A stretch of 64,000 bases of DNA from Syntrophales bacterium (GCA_036825195.1 DAISYQ010000004.1:73111-137110); one strand, 5' to 3'; positions 1 to 10,740 are shown, numbered from the stretch's first letter. Numbers and translations: made by a program. The notes: generated from the sequence alone by a model not told the origin.

Positions 1-262
1 TCAAGGCGGCCAGTCGAAAATCGCGGTTGCTGTCAAGAGCCATCTCGATGACCCTTTGGAGGCGCTCGTCGATGAAAAACTCCCGCCACTTCAGCTCCGG
101 GGCGACCGGGGCTCCGGGTGAAGCCGTGACGGTATTATCGGCAATAGTGCCCGACCAATCCGCAGGGATCGGTGCCTCAGGCCGTGTGTATTTCGGTGCA
201 AGGGAACAACCGCTCAGTACCAATACCATTCCGATCAGGATATAGAGCAGACGTTTATTCAT
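1..262 (-). CDS. RND efflux outer-membrane factor lipoprotein (NodT/OprM family), N-terminal fragment running off the window
   Basis: Not in the ORF track because it is partial. The minus-strand ATG at 262 reads MNKRLLYILIGMVLVLSGC/SLAPKYTRPEAPIPADW..ELKWREFFIDERLQRVIEMALDSNRDFRLAAL. This is a lipoprotein signal with an LSGC lipobox followed by a typical OMF N-terminus. The start overlaps the pump stop (ATGAATAA). Confidence 0.8.
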   Translation of the reverse strand, partial: MNKRLLYILIGMVLVLSGCSLAPKYTRPEAPIPADWSGTIADNTVTASPGAPVAPELKWREFFIDERLQRVIEMALDSNRDFRLAAL

Positions 263-3200
263 GGTATTGACCTCCCGATGGATTTTCACCCTCTATTGCA
301 GCGAATGCACGTTTCTTTTTCCTACCGAACACCTTCTCAATCAGCACATAGAAGAGAGGAGCGAAAATAACCACCAGAACGGTGGCGGTTACCATCCCTC
401 CCAAGACGCCGGTACCGATGGCGTTTTGCGCCCCCGCTCCGGCACCGGTGGTTACGACCAAGGGAAGGATCCCGAACCCGAAGGCCAGAGAAGTCATGAT
501 GATCGGACGAAAACGCAATTTTACCGCCTCCAGGGTTGCGTCGATCAACCCCATACCCTGTTCCAATCCGCTCTTGGCAAACTGGACGATCAGGATGGCG
601 TTCTTGGTGGTCAACCCCAGCGTGGTTAAGAGAGCGATTTGAAAATAGACATCATTGGCCATCCCCCGCCAGCTCGACGCGATAATTCCGCCGATAACTC
701 CGAGAGGCAGAACCAGCAGAACGGAGATGGGAATGGTCCAGCTTTCATAGAGCGCCGCCAGGCACAGGAATATGACGAAGATCGAAAAGGCATACAGCAT
801 GGGTGCCTGAGAACTGGACATCCGCTCCTGGTAGGAAAGACCGGTCCAGTCAAAACCGAATCCCTGAGGCAGCTGTGCAACCGCCTCTTCCATGGCCTGC
901 ATGGCCTCCCCTGAGCTCCTTCCCGGCGCCGGTTCTCCCCAGATATTAATGGAAGGAAATCCGTTAAAACGATTCAGCTGGGGAGAGCCCGAAGTCCAGT
1001 GTCCGGAGGCAAAGGAGGAGAATGGGACCATCTTTCCCTGGGTGTTTCGGACATAGAGTTTTTCCAAATCCTTGGGGAGCATGCGGTACGGAGCGTCCGC
1101 CTGAATGTATACCCTCTTCACCCTGCCGCCCTGTACAAAGTCGTTGACATAGGCACTGCCAAAGGCCGTCGAGAGTGTGGAGTGGATAGAGGTGATGGAA
1201 ATCCCAAGGGCACCCGCCTTTTCCCAGTCCACATCTATGCGGTATTCAGGGACATCGCTTCTGCTGTTGGGCCGGACCTTGGTTACTCTCGGATCCTTGG
1301 ATATAATTCCAAGGAGCTGGTTTTGCGCATCCATCAGGGCCTGATGACCGAGGCCGCCCCGGTCCAGCAACTGAAAGTCGAATCCCTTGGACATCCCCAG
1401 CTCGGGAACTGCCGGGGGCGTGAAGGCATATATCAGGGCGTTGCGTATGTTCGCAAAGGCCATCGTGGCCCGCAATGCAACGTTCGGTGCTTTTTGATCA
1501 GGTCTTTTTCGAAGATCCCAGTCCTTCAGTTTGCTAAACACCATTCCGTTGTTCTGTGACCGCCCAGAAAAACTGACACCGGTAAGGGTCATCACAGATT
1601 CCACCGAATCTGCTTCATTTTTCTTAAAATAATCGTCAATTTGATTGGAAATTTCCTGAGTCTGTTCCATCGTGGAGCCTGTCGGCATCATCACCTGGGC
1701 CAGCAATATCCCCTGGTCTTCATCGGGAAGGTAGGCGGTGGGCATGCGGAGAAACAGCATCCCCATGACGACGATAATCACCAGGAATACGGCGATGTAG
1801 CGCTTTGTTCTTGATAGGGAATACCCGACCAGTCGTACATACAGACGTCTGAAGCGGAAGAATATGCGGTTAAAACCTCTGAAAAACGGCCGCAGGAAAA
1901 AGATGGCATTCTCCGCCTCGCGCCCCGCGTGCACCGGTTTGAGAAGCGAGGCGCATAACACCGGTGTCAGGATCAGGGCAACGACTACCGACAGGAGCAT
2001 GGAGGAAATAATGGTAACGGAAAACTGACGATAGATCACTCCCGTTGAACCGGGGAAGAAGATCATGGGTCCGAACACGGCCGACAGTACCAGGCCGATG
2101 CCGATGAGCGCACTCGTGATCTGTTCCATGGATTTGGCCGTAGCCTCCATGGGCGGAAGGCTCTCCTCGGCCATGATCCGTTCCACGTTTTCCACCACGA
2201 CGATGGCGTCGTCAACCAGAAGACCGATGGCGAGAACCATGGCGAACATGGTCAGCATGTTGATGGAGAATCCGAAAAATCCCAGAACGGCGAACGTTCC
2301 CAGAAGCACCACCGGTACGGCGATCGTCGGTATCAGTGTGGCGCGCAGGTTGCCCAGGAAAAGCCACATAATCAGGAAGACCAGGAAAATGGCTATGATG
2401 AGGGTCTTTACCACCTCATTGATAGACACCTTGATGAAGGGTGTGGTGTCCATCGGGTAGGTAACTTTGATCCCCGAAGGAAAGTACCGGCTCATTTCCG
2501 CCATCTTGGCCTTGACGGCATCGGCCACATCCAGGGCGTTTGCGCCGGCTGCCTGACGGATGGCGATACCCACCGCCTCTTTCCCGTCAACAGAACCCTT
2601 AATGTCATAGACTTCGGTGCCCAGTTCGGTACGGGCCACATCTCCGATTCGAACGATAGATCCATCCGGATTGGTGCGCAGGGGGATATCGGCAAATTCG
2701 TCGGGAGTCGACAGCATGTTCTGAACAACAATAGGGGCGTTCAAACGCTGGCCTTTCACCGCCGGTGCCCCGCCGAACTGGCCGGCGGAGACTTCCACGT
2801 TGTAGGCCTTGAGGGCCGCCAGCACATCGGCTATGGTCAGGCGGTAATCTGTGAGCTTCTCGGGATTAACCCAGACGCGCATCGTATATCCGCCGCCGAA
2901 GATCTCCACTTCACCCACACCAGGTACACGCGCCAGGACCGATTCCAGATTGGTTGTGGCGTAGTCCGCCAGATCGATACGGTCCATGCGTCCGTCTTCC
3001 GAAACCAGCCCAACGACCACCAGATAATTGTGTGTGGACTTGCGGACCGAGACACCGCGATTCTGGACCACATCGGGGAGACTGGGCAGGATGGACTGGA
3101 CCTTGTTCTGGACCTTGGACCAGGCGATATCCACATCCGTTCCCGGAGCGAAGGTCAGCTCCAAACGGGAGGCACCTGCCGAATCGCTGGAGGCAGACAT

Positions 3201-3434
3201 GTAGATCAATCTGTCCAGGCCGGTCATCTTCTGTTCAATGCTCTGGGTAACGCTGTTCTCAACGGTCTGGGCCGAAGATCCCGGATATGAAGCAGAAACA
3301 GAGATAGAAGGCGGTGCCATTTCCGGATACTGAGAGATGGGCAGATTGTAGATCGCTATGATTCCCACCGCCATAATGACGATGGCAATGACCCAGGCAA
3401 AAACCGGTCGTTTCAGGAAAAATTTCGATAGCAT
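255..3434 (-). CDS. RND multidrug efflux pump, inner-membrane permease (AcrB/MexB family)
   Basis: 1059-aa ORF. The N-terminus MLSKFFLKRPVFAWVIAIVIMAVGIIAIYNLPISQYPEMAPPSISVSASYPG is the canonical HAE1 start. It sits in an adaptor/pump/OMF operon. Confidence 0.95.
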   Translation of the reverse strand: MLSKFFLKRPVFAWVIAIVIMAVGIIAIYNLPISQYPEMAPPSISVSASYPGSSAQTVENSVTQSIEQKMTGLDRLIYMSASSDSAGASRLELTFAPGTDVDIAWSKVQNKVQSILPSLPDVVQNRGVSVRKSTHNYLVVVGLVSEDGRMDRIDLADYATTNLESVLARVPGVGEVEIFGGGYTMRVWVNPEKLTDYRLTIADVLAALKAYNVEVSAGQFGGAPAVKGQRLNAPIVVQNMLSTPDEFADIPLRTNPDGSIVRIGDVARTELGTEVYDIKGSVDGKEAVGIAIRQAAGANALDVADAVKAKMAEMSRYFPSGIKVTYPMDTTPFIKVSINEVVKTLIIAIFLVFLIMWLFLGNLRATLIPTIAVPVVLLGTFAVLGFFGFSINMLTMFAMVLAIGLLVDDAIVVVENVERIMAEESLPPMEATAKSMEQITSALIGIGLVLSAVFGPMIFFPGSTGVIYRQFSVTIISSMLLSVVVALILTPVLCASLLKPVHAGREAENAIFFLRPFFRGFNRIFFRFRRLYVRLVGYSLSRTKRYIAVFLVIIVVMGMLFLRMPTAYLPDEDQGILLAQVMMPTGSTMEQTQEISNQIDDYFKKNEADSVESVMTLTGVSFSGRSQNNGMVFSKLKDWDLRKRPDQKAPNVALRATMAFANIRNALIYAFTPPAVPELGMSKGFDFQLLDRGGLGHQALMDAQNQLLGIISKDPRVTKVRPNSRSDVPEYRIDVDWEKAGALGISITSIHSTLSTAFGSAYVNDFVQGGRVKRVYIQADAPYRMLPKDLEKLYVRNTQGKMVPFSSFASGHWTSGSPQLNRFNGFPSINIWGEPAPGRSSGEAMQAMEEAVAQLPQGFGFDWTGLSYQERMSSSQAPMLYAFSIFVIFLCLAALYESWTIPISVLLVLPLGVIGGIIASSWRGMANDVYFQIALLTTLGLTTKNAILIVQFAKSGLEQGMGLIDATLEAVKLRFRPIIMTSLAFGFGILPLVVTTGAGAGAQNAIGTGVLGGMVTATVLVVIFAPLFYVLIEKVFGRKKKRAFAAIEGENPSGGQYHE

Positions 3435-3446
3435 TGGGTGCCTCCG

Positions 3447-4664
3447 TTACTTCGATTCTGAGGATTTCGGGGCTGAATTTTTTTGTTCGTCACCCTTTTC
3501 TTCGCTACCTGTCGCAAAGGGAACAACCTTTACGGAAGCACCGGGCCTGATCTTCTGTATCCCTTCAACAATCACCTGATCGCCGGGAGTCAACCCTGCC
3601 GATACGAGCCATCGGCTTTCAATGGCCCGATCAAGCGTGAGCATACGCTGCTGGACCTTTCCTTCGGCATCCACGATCAGGGCAATCGGATCCCCCTTCG
3701 GTGTACGTGAGACGGCCTGCTGGGGAATAAGGATAGCGTTTTTTTGAACGCCCTCCTGCACGATCGCCCGGACAAACATGCCCGGCAGAAGAATACCCTT
3801 CGGATTGGGAAAGACAATCCGTAGAATAACCGATCCGGTCGTCGGATCGACCGTGACATCACGAAATTGAAGGGTCCCCTCCATTGAATATGTGGTACCG
3901 TCATCCAGAATGAGACAGACCTTCTTCTGATTTGTTCCACTTTGATCCAGAAGGCCCTCTTCCAGGTTACGTCGCAACCGCAACACATCGGTCGTGGATT
4001 GAGACAAATCTACGTATATGGGATCCAGCCGTTGAATGGTTGCCAGAGCCACGGGTTGATACGCCGTCACCAGGGCGCCATCGGTCACGCTGGATTTCCC
4101 GATGCGCCCGGGAATTGGTGCTTTGATCCGGGTGTAATCCAGGTTTATACGGGCTGTTTTCACCATCGCTTTCCAATATTCAATGTCGGCTTCGGTCTGT
4201 TTTAAAGCGGCAGCCGCATCGTCATAATCCTGTTGGCTGACCGCTTTAGCGACAAGTAATTCTTCGAAGCGCTCGGATCTCGATCGAACCGCAGACAGAC
4301 TGGCCTCAGCCCTACCGAGTGAAGCTCTTGTATTGTCGAGCGCCGCCTGAAAGGGAGCAGGATCGATCTGATAGAGGATCTGGCCCGCTTCGACGGAGGA
4401 GCCTTCCGTAAAGAGGCGTTTTTGTATGAGACCGCTGACTTGGGGTCGGATCTCCGCAATACGAAAGGCGGATGTGCGACCCGGTAATTCGGTGGTCAAT
4501 ACAACCTCTTGCGGTTGTACCGTTACGACGGCTACCTCCGGTTTCGGGCGCGGGGGTTGTTTCTGTTCCGCCCCGTTACACCCTCCGAGCAACAGTCCTC
4601 CCAGCAGGGCCACCGGCAATAGTTTCCACATCATCGATTTGCAACCAGTTCCATTGATCAACAT
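3447..4664 (-). CDS. RND efflux periplasmic adaptor (membrane fusion protein, AcrA/MexA family)
   Basis: ORF 3447..4685. The preferred start is the ATG at 4664, which has GAGGAG 6 nt upstream. Lipoprotein-like signal ..LLPVALLGGLLLGGC, and the coiled-coil/barrel-sandwich sequence pattern of MFPs. Located directly upstream of the pump. Confidence 0.9.
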   Translation of the reverse strand: MLINGTGCKSMMWKLLPVALLGGLLLGGCNGAEQKQPPRPKPEVAVVTVQPQEVVLTTELPGRTSAFRIAEIRPQVSGLIQKRLFTEGSSVEAGQILYQIDPAPFQAALDNTRASLGRAEASLSAVRSRSERFEELLVAKAVSQQDYDDAAAALKQTEADIEYWKAMVKTARINLDYTRIKAPIPGRIGKSSVTDGALVTAYQPVALATIQRLDPIYVDLSQSTTDVLRLRRNLEEGLLDQSGTNQKKVCLILDDGTTYSMEGTLQFRDVTVDPTTGSVILRIVFPNPKGILLPGMFVRAIVQEGVQKNAILIPQQAVSRTPKGDPIALIVDAEGKVQQRMLTLDRAIESRWLVSAGLTPGDQVIVEGIQKIRPGASVKVVPFATGSEEKGDEQKNSAPKSSESK

Positions 4665-4780
4665 TACATTCTCCTCTATGTCCATTACATCAAATACACC
4701 ACTTAAAAAACATACGGGGGGTTATGGCGTATCAGCCCTTCGACTTTCGATACAGGGTAATAACCCTTGCCTGCTCCCCG

Positions 4781-5395
4781 TTACTTTCTGTTCCTTAATC
4801 CGTTTATGAAAATGTCCGTGATCTGCCGTGCGTCTCTCTCAACATCACCTGATATTCCGTCATAGATACGCTGCATTACCATTCCCATGTTGGCTTCAAC
4901 AAACATGGCGGCAACCTTCTCCGATTCCAGAGGTGCAAAGAGGCTCTGCTGAACCCCCTTATCCAGGACGGCGGCTACATGTTTGATGGTATTTCGGTAT
5001 CGGCTGTCGGTAAAGTGATTCCTATCGGAACGCATCCTTTCCCGATCATACATAAGTACACGGATCAACTCCCGGTGCTTATTGAAGAAGCGCAGGTTGC
5101 AGAGTGAAAATGCCTCCAGTTTTCTGTCGGGGGGATCGTCACCACTCAACAGAAGTGTCAACTCCTGTATCACGGGATCAAAACTCGCCTCAAGGGCCGC
5201 TTCCAGGATATCATCCTTGTTTGTGAAATAGACGTATAGTGTCCCTTTTGCCACACCGGCTTCTGCCGCCACCCGGTCCATCGTCAGACCCTGGATACCG
5301 TCATGCACCAACACACCGATAGCGGCATCTAGGATAGCCCGCCGTGTCAGTGCTTCCACGGCCTTTCTCCGCTTCTGTTTTTTGTCAACCCTCAC
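4781..5395 (-). CDS. TetR/AcrR family transcriptional regulator
   Basis: 204 aa with an N-terminal HTH (LTMDRVAAEAGVAKGTLYVYFTNKDDIL). First gene of the efflux operon. Confidence 0.9.
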   Translation of the reverse strand: MRVDKKQKRRKAVEALTRRAILDAAIGVLVHDGIQGLTMDRVAAEAGVAKGTLYVYFTNKDDILEAALEASFDPVIQELTLLLSGDDPPDRKLEAFSLCNLRFFNKHRELIRVLMYDRERMRSDRNHFTDSRYRNTIKHVAAVLDKGVQQSLFAPLESEKVAAMFVEANMGMVMQRIYDGISGDVERDARQITDIFINGLRNRK

Positions 5396-5731
5396 GTAAA
5401 AAACCGCCCGGTCATTTTTTGAACTAAGCGGTCGGTTTATACCCTCTGTGGAGGATTGTCAAGAGAAATCTAACAAGGAACGCACCCCCCGTATCAGAAC
5501 GATTATGCCACGGCACAACGGATCCCAATTTTACACTATGGCAAATTTCCCTTGTATGGTATAGTGCAGTACCTGCTCGTCACGGTTTTTCAACATCTTG
5601 ATAATAAAGATATTTTTATTCCGTACCTGCTTTTGTACGCACAAAAACGGATGGATACGCAATTATATGGCGGGAGGCATATCGGAGTAAAAAGGAATAG
5701 CATAAATCGGCAGAAAGGAGAATAGGGTACC

Positions 5732-7048
5732 ATGCGAAAATCGTTTGTTATCATATCGGGTATCGGTATTTTTTGTATCGCTCTGCTTGTACCGGGATTA
5801 TATGCGGAAGCTACAGATACTGTTCTTACACTGGAGAGAGCAATCGAAGTCGCCGTCGCCAATAATTACCGGATCAAGGAGGCCACAGAATATCAAAACT
5901 CCTCCCGTCAAGAATATAAGAGTGCTCGGGCCGATTTTCTTCCCAAAACATCCGCCACCTATTCTTATATAGGGATCAAGGAAAAACCGTTCTCAAAGAT
6001 GGGCCCGATCACCGTTCAGACAGCGGATAGAAACCAGTTCCACTGGGATATCTCTCTGATCCAGCCCCTCTTCACGGGATTCGCCCTCTCCTCAAAATAC
6101 GACATGACCAAACTGCGCAGTGCAATTCGGGACGAAGAGAAACGGCAGGCCGTGCTTGATGTCGCCCGGAATGTCAAGTATGCCTACTTTAACCTATTGC
6201 TCTCCAAGAAAATGGTGTCCGTCGCCGATGATGAAGTGGCCGCTCTGACGGCACAGCAAAACGATGCCCAGAAATTTTTCGATCAGGGACTCATCCCCCG
6301 AAACGACCTCCTCCGGTCCCAGGTTGCACTGGCAAACGCCCTTCAGAGCCTTGAAAAGGCGATGTCCGATGAACGGCTTGCCCTGTCGAGATTGAATATT
6401 CTCCTGGTGCGAGAGATAGACCATCCGACAGTAATCAGTGATATCGAGACGCTTCCGGACCATTCGTATGAGCTGTCAGCCCTCATTGCGGAATCGATGC
6501 AACAAAGACCCGTTCTGCAGATCACCCGCCTGGGGATTGAAACCCTCGAAAAAAGCGTCGCCCTGGCGCGAAGCGCCTACTATCCCACGATATCGCTCGT
6601 GGGACGGTATGAAGAAAACGGCGACAACCTCGCAACATCGAATAACGACTTCAATAATCGTCACAACGCCAGCGTTCTGATCGAGGCACAGTGGACCTTT
6701 TTCGAGTGGGGCAAGACAAAGGCGGACGTTGCCAAGGCCGGGCATGATCAGTCAGCTCTGATCAACCGCCTGAAAGAGATCGAGGACAATGTGAAGCTTG
6801 AAATCAAACAGGCACTTCTGGCCCTTCGCGTTGCCCGTACGAATATCGAAACGGCACAAAAGGCACTTGAACAGGCACAGGAGAACTGGCGCATCACTCA
6901 GCTCCAGTACCTCCAGCAGATGGTGACGTCATCGGATGTCCTGGATGCGCGTTCCTACCTGACACAGGCCGATTCAAACTATTACCGAGCACGCTACGGA
7001 TGCCTGATGTCTCTCGCCGAACTTGACAGGGCCGTCGGCAGAAAGTAG
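5732..7048 (+). CDS. TolC family outer-membrane efflux protein
   Basis: 438 aa. Signal peptide, then LTLERAIEVAVANNYRIKEA and a second OEP repeat. GGAG RBS upstream. Confidence 0.85.
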   Translation: MRKSFVIISGIGIFCIALLVPGLYAEATDTVLTLERAIEVAVANNYRIKEATEYQNSSRQEYKSARADFLPKTSATYSYIGIKEKPFSKMGPITVQTADRNQFHWDISLIQPLFTGFALSSKYDMTKLRSAIRDEEKRQAVLDVARNVKYAYFNLLLSKKMVSVADDEVAALTAQQNDAQKFFDQGLIPRNDLLRSQVALANALQSLEKAMSDERLALSRLNILLVREIDHPTVISDIETLPDHSYELSALIAESMQQRPVLQITRLGIETLEKSVALARSAYYPTISLVGRYEENGDNLATSNNDFNNRHNASVLIEAQWTFFEWGKTKADVAKAGHDQSALINRLKEIEDNVKLEIKQALLALRVARTNIETAQKALEQAQENWRITQLQYLQQMVTSSDVLDARSYLTQADSNYYRARYGCLMSLAELDRAVGRK

Positions 7049-7115
7049 CTTCTATACCCTCCCGCAGGAGAGAATACGGGGAAATACGGGGGGAAAACCA
7101 TAGGGTAGTCCTTCG

Positions 7116-8180
7116 ATGCACAGATACAGAAACATATGGGTTCCTGCACTCCTCGTACTATTGCTACTCGCTCCAGGTATCCTTCCCCTGCGAGCCCATG
7201 CCGAAGATGATACCGCGCGGCGCATGAACACCCTTACCCTCTATATGGAGAATGATCTCTTCTATGATACAGACCGTCAATATACACACGGAACAAAGAT
7301 TTCATGGATCTCGCCCGACCTTTCAGACTATCGGGACAACCCTCTCATCCCTCCGTGGAGCTATTCGCTCATCGAATGCCTGCCCTTTATAAACGAACCG
7401 GGTTATCAGCGTTCCGTATCCTTCTCAGTGGGTCAGAACATATATACACCGGAGGACACCAAACGTAGCGGCCTCATCAGCGATGACCGGCCCTATGCGG
7501 GGATCACATACCTGGCCCTCGGATTCCACAGTAAAAACAGCCTTCGTATGGACACCCTCGAATTTGATGTGGGGATAGTGGGACGTCATTCCTATGCCGA
7601 GGACTGCCAGAAATTCATCCATGAGTCGATCGATTCGGCCGATCCGAAAGGCTGGAAGAATCAGCTTCACGATGAACCGATATGCAACATCTTCTTCGAG
7701 CGCAAGTGGAGGTCGGTAGCATTGAGATGGAAGAACGGCCTCGGATTCGACTGCATTCCCCACATAGGCAGCGGTATTGGAAACGCCTTTACCGGCGTCA
7801 ATGTTGGAGGGGAGATCAGGTATGGATGGAACCTCCCAAATGACTTCGGAACCTATATTATCAGGCCCGGGTCGGACAGCAATGCCCCCGTTGACGACAC
7901 CGATCCGCGCTTCTTTCACTTTCTCCGTCGCTTCGGCATCCACTTTTTTCTTGCGGCTGACGGGGCTGCCGTGGCACACAATATTCTGCTTGACGGGAAC
8001 ACGTTCCGGGACAGCCACAGCGTCGATAAGGAACCCTTTGTTGCCTGCTTTGTTGGCGGAATCGGATGTATCGTTAATCGTTTCAAGATTACCTACTCCC
8101 ATGTCTATCTGACAAAGGAGTTCAAAACCCAGGAGAAGGAACAGGAGTACGGTGCGATATCGGTATCCTACACCTTTTGA
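7116..8180 (+). CDS. LpxR-like lipid A deacylase family outer-membrane protein (DUF2219)
   Basis: 354 aa. Signal peptide, the N-terminal motif YMENDLFYDTDRQYTHGTKISW typical of the LpxR/DUF2219 family, and a C-terminal aromatic residue (..SVSYTF). Confidence 0.55.
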   Translation: MHRYRNIWVPALLVLLLLAPGILPLRAHAEDDTARRMNTLTLYMENDLFYDTDRQYTHGTKISWISPDLSDYRDNPLIPPWSYSLIECLPFINEPGYQRSVSFSVGQNIYTPEDTKRSGLISDDRPYAGITYLALGFHSKNSLRMDTLEFDVGIVGRHSYAEDCQKFIHESIDSADPKGWKNQLHDEPICNIFFERKWRSVALRWKNGLGFDCIPHIGSGIGNAFTGVNVGGEIRYGWNLPNDFGTYIIRPGSDSNAPVDDTDPRFFHFLRRFGIHFFLAADGAAVAHNILLDGNTFRDSHSVDKEPFVACFVGGIGCIVNRFKITYSHVYLTKEFKTQEKEQEYGAISVSYTF

Positions 8181-8192
8181 GCCCATACCGTT

Positions 8193-8209
8193 CCGGCTAT
8201 TACCTTGCA
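8193..8209 (+). promoter_or_regulatory. Possible sigma-54 (-24/-12) promoter upstream of asnA
   Basis: CCGGCTATTACCTTGCA has GG (8195-8196) and GC (8207-8208) separated by exactly 10 nt, and the -12 element is TTGCA. The -24 element is CGGCTA rather than TGGCAC, so the match is weak. Confidence 0.3.
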
Positions 8210-8301
8210 ACTAATCCCAAGGTCTGATAGTGTCCGCCCGTGTTACCTTACCGTGAGCTTTCACGGGTATTGAGAAAATTTCTCACAATAGGAGACAGCA
8301 T

Positions 8302-9342
8302 ATGGGATCAGGTCTGTACATTCCGAAGAACTATGAACCGCTGCTCGATCTGAGAGAAACAGAAAAGGCCATCGGTCAGATTAAAACCTTTTTCCAGACC
8401 AATCTGTCTTTCGAGCTGGATCTTATGCGGGTAACGGCCCCCCTCTTCGTAAAAGCGGGTACGGGGATCAATGACGATCTCAACGGAATTGAAAAACCGG
8501 TATCTTTCAACATAACGGGCGCCGGCAACATGGGTGTCGAGATGGTGCAGTCCCTCGCAAAATGGAAGAGGATGATGCTGGCCGATTACGGCGTTCAAAG
8601 GGGCCATGGCATCTGCGCCGACATGAACGCCATACGACCGGACGAAGTCCTGGACAACACCCATTCCATATATGTGGATCAGTGGGACTGGGAACGGGTC
8701 ATATCGGAAGAGGACCGAACTCTTGAATTTCTGAAGTATATCGTGAAAAAGATATACGATGTCATACGACGCACGGAAAAATATATCTGTTACCGGCGCA
8801 ACCTCGTCGAGCCGATCCTACCCGAAAAGATCACCTTTCTCCACAGCGAGGAGTTGGAGGACCGATATCCCGATCTGACACCCAAAGAGCGGGAGACTAT
8901 GGCATGCAGGGAATATGGGGCTATCTTTCTCATAGGAATCGGCGGAGCATTGAAAAACGGCAAACCGCACGACGGCCGCGCCCCCGATTATGACGACTGG
9001 TCCACCCCCACGATAGGCGGATACAGGGGTCTCAACGGAGACATCCTCGTACACTATCCGATGTTCGACTGCGCCTATGAACTCTCCTCCATGGGGATCC
9101 GCGTCGATCCGGCAGCCCTTCTGAGACAACTGGAAATCACCGGCACCATGGAACGGCGGGATCTTCTCTTTCACCGGCGCCTTCTCGATGGCGAACTACC
9201 TCTCTCTATCGGGGGAGGAATCGGTCAGTCGCGGCTCTGCATGTTTTACCTGAGAAAGGCCCATATCGGCGAGATACAGGCAAGCATATGGCCGGCCAAT
9301 ATGGTTGAAGCATGCCGGAATAACAAGATTTTTCTTTTATAA
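8302..9342 (+). CDS. asnA: Aspartate--ammonia ligase (asparagine synthetase A)
   Basis: 346 aa. The start ..YIPKNYEPLLDLRETEKAIGQIKTFFQTNLSFELDLMRVTAPLFV is the AsnA signature N-terminus. Confidence 0.9.
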   Translation: MGSGLYIPKNYEPLLDLRETEKAIGQIKTFFQTNLSFELDLMRVTAPLFVKAGTGINDDLNGIEKPVSFNITGAGNMGVEMVQSLAKWKRMMLADYGVQRGHGICADMNAIRPDEVLDNTHSIYVDQWDWERVISEEDRTLEFLKYIVKKIYDVIRRTEKYICYRRNLVEPILPEKITFLHSEELEDRYPDLTPKERETMACREYGAIFLIGIGGALKNGKPHDGRAPDYDDWSTPTIGGYRGLNGDILVHYPMFDCAYELSSMGIRVDPAALLRQLEITGTMERRDLLFHRRLLDGELPLSIGGGIGQSRLCMFYLRKAHIGEIQASIWPANMVEACRNNKIFLL

Positions 9343-9357
9343 GAGGATGAATATACC

Positions 9358-10740
9358 ATGAAGCGTACAAAGATATTCGAGCTCCTGAAATCAGATTCTC
9401 CCGTTGACACGATCCTGATCAAGGGATGGGTGCGGACCAGACGTGATTCAAAGGAATTTTCCTTTCTTGAGATCAACGACGGATCGTGCCGCGCAAACAT
9501 GCAGGTCATCGCAGGCAGCGGTCTGGCCAATTACGAAGAGATTCTCAAGGTATCAACCGGTTCCGCGGTGGCCGTCACCGGACGGATGATTGCCTCTCAG
9601 GGCAAGGGCCAGGCATGGGAGATACAGGCCGACGATGTCGAGATCATCAGCATTGCGCCGGAGTCATACCCCCTGCAGAAAAAACGCCACAGCGACGAGT
9701 TTCTCCGCACCATCGCCCACCTCAGACCACGAACGAACAAGTATGGCGCGGCCTTCCGCATCAGGTCGGAGCTGTCGTACGCCATCCACAAGTTTTTCAG
9801 GGAACGGGGCTTCACCTACATCCATACCCCTATCGTCACCGCGTCCGATTGTGAAGGGGCGGGTGAAATGTTCAGGGTTACCACACTCGACACGAACAAT
9901 CCTCCGAAGACAGAAGGTCTGGTGGATTATTCCCAGGATTTTTTCGGAAAGCAGGCAAACCTGACCGTATCGGGCCAGCTCGAGGCGGAACTGCTTGCCC
10001 TGGCATTGGGCGATGTCTATACCTTCGGCCCCACCTTCAGAGCTGAAAATTCCAACACCAGGAGACATGCCGCCGAATTCTGGATGGTGGAACCGGAGAT
10101 GGCCTTTTGCGATCTCGAGGGTGACATGGAGCTTGGCGAAGAGATGGTGAAATATCTGGTCGCCTACGTGATGGATGAATGCAGCAGCGACCTTGAACTC
10201 TTTGCACAGTTCGTGGATAAGGGCCTCATGGCAACCCTGGAAAATATCGCCGCATCGGACTTCATTCGGCTCCCCTACCGGGAGGCGGTTGATATCCTGA
10301 GTATGGTCAAAGACCGGTTCGACTATGACGTGGCCTTCGGGACGGATCTCCAGTCGGAACACGAGCACTACCTGACCGAACAGCACTTCAAGAAACCGGT
10401 CATTGTCTACGACTACCCCACCACGATCAAACCTTTTTACATGCGGGTCAATCCCGACGGGCAGACCGTCGCCGCCATGGATGTCCTTGTTCCGAGTATC
10501 GGCGAGATCATCGGGGGAAGCCAGCGCGAAGAACGTCTCCCTATCCTGGAGGCAAGGATGGAGGAAATGGGCTTGAGTCAAGACAATTACTGGTGGTACC
10601 TGGATTCCCGGAGATTCGGCAGCGTACCGCACAGCGGGTTCGGCCTGGGATTTGAACGGCTGATTATGCTCATCACCGGCATATCGAATATACGGGACGT
10701 CATCCCCTTCCCCCGGACACCGAACAGCATAGAATTTTGA
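9358..10740 (+). CDS. asnS: Asparagine--tRNA ligase
   Basis: 460 aa. OB-fold N-terminus (ILIKGWVRTRRDSKEFSFLEINDGS), class II motifs, and a C-terminal ..FGLGFERLIMLITGISNIRDVIPFPR. Confidence 0.95.
   Translation: MKRTKIFELLKSDSPVDTILIKGWVRTRRDSKEFSFLEINDGSCRANMQVIAGSGLANYEEILKVSTGSAVAVTGRMIASQGKGQAWEIQADDVEIISIAPESYPLQKKRHSDEFLRTIAHLRPRTNKYGAAFRIRSELSYAIHKFFRERGFTYIHTPIVTASDCEGAGEMFRVTTLDTNNPPKTEGLVDYSQDFFGKQANLTVSGQLEAELLALALGDVYTFGPTFRAENSNTRRHAAEFWMVEPEMAFCDLEGDMELGEEMVKYLVAYVMDECSSDLELFAQFVDKGLMATLENIAASDFIRLPYREAVDILSMVKDRFDYDVAFGTDLQSEHEHYLTEQHFKKPVIVYDYPTTIKPFYMRVNPDGQTVAAMDVLVPSIGEIIGGSQREERLPILEARMEEMGLSQDNYWWYLDSRRFGSVPHSGFGLGFERLIMLITGISNIRDVIPFPRTPNSIEF

Noticed and set aside
27-245. 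72-aa plus-strand ORF at the left edge
   Set aside because: The opposite strand encodes a clear OMF lipoprotein N-terminus (LSGC lipobox, conserved downstream sequence) that overlaps the pump stop. The plus-strand ORF is an antisense artefact.
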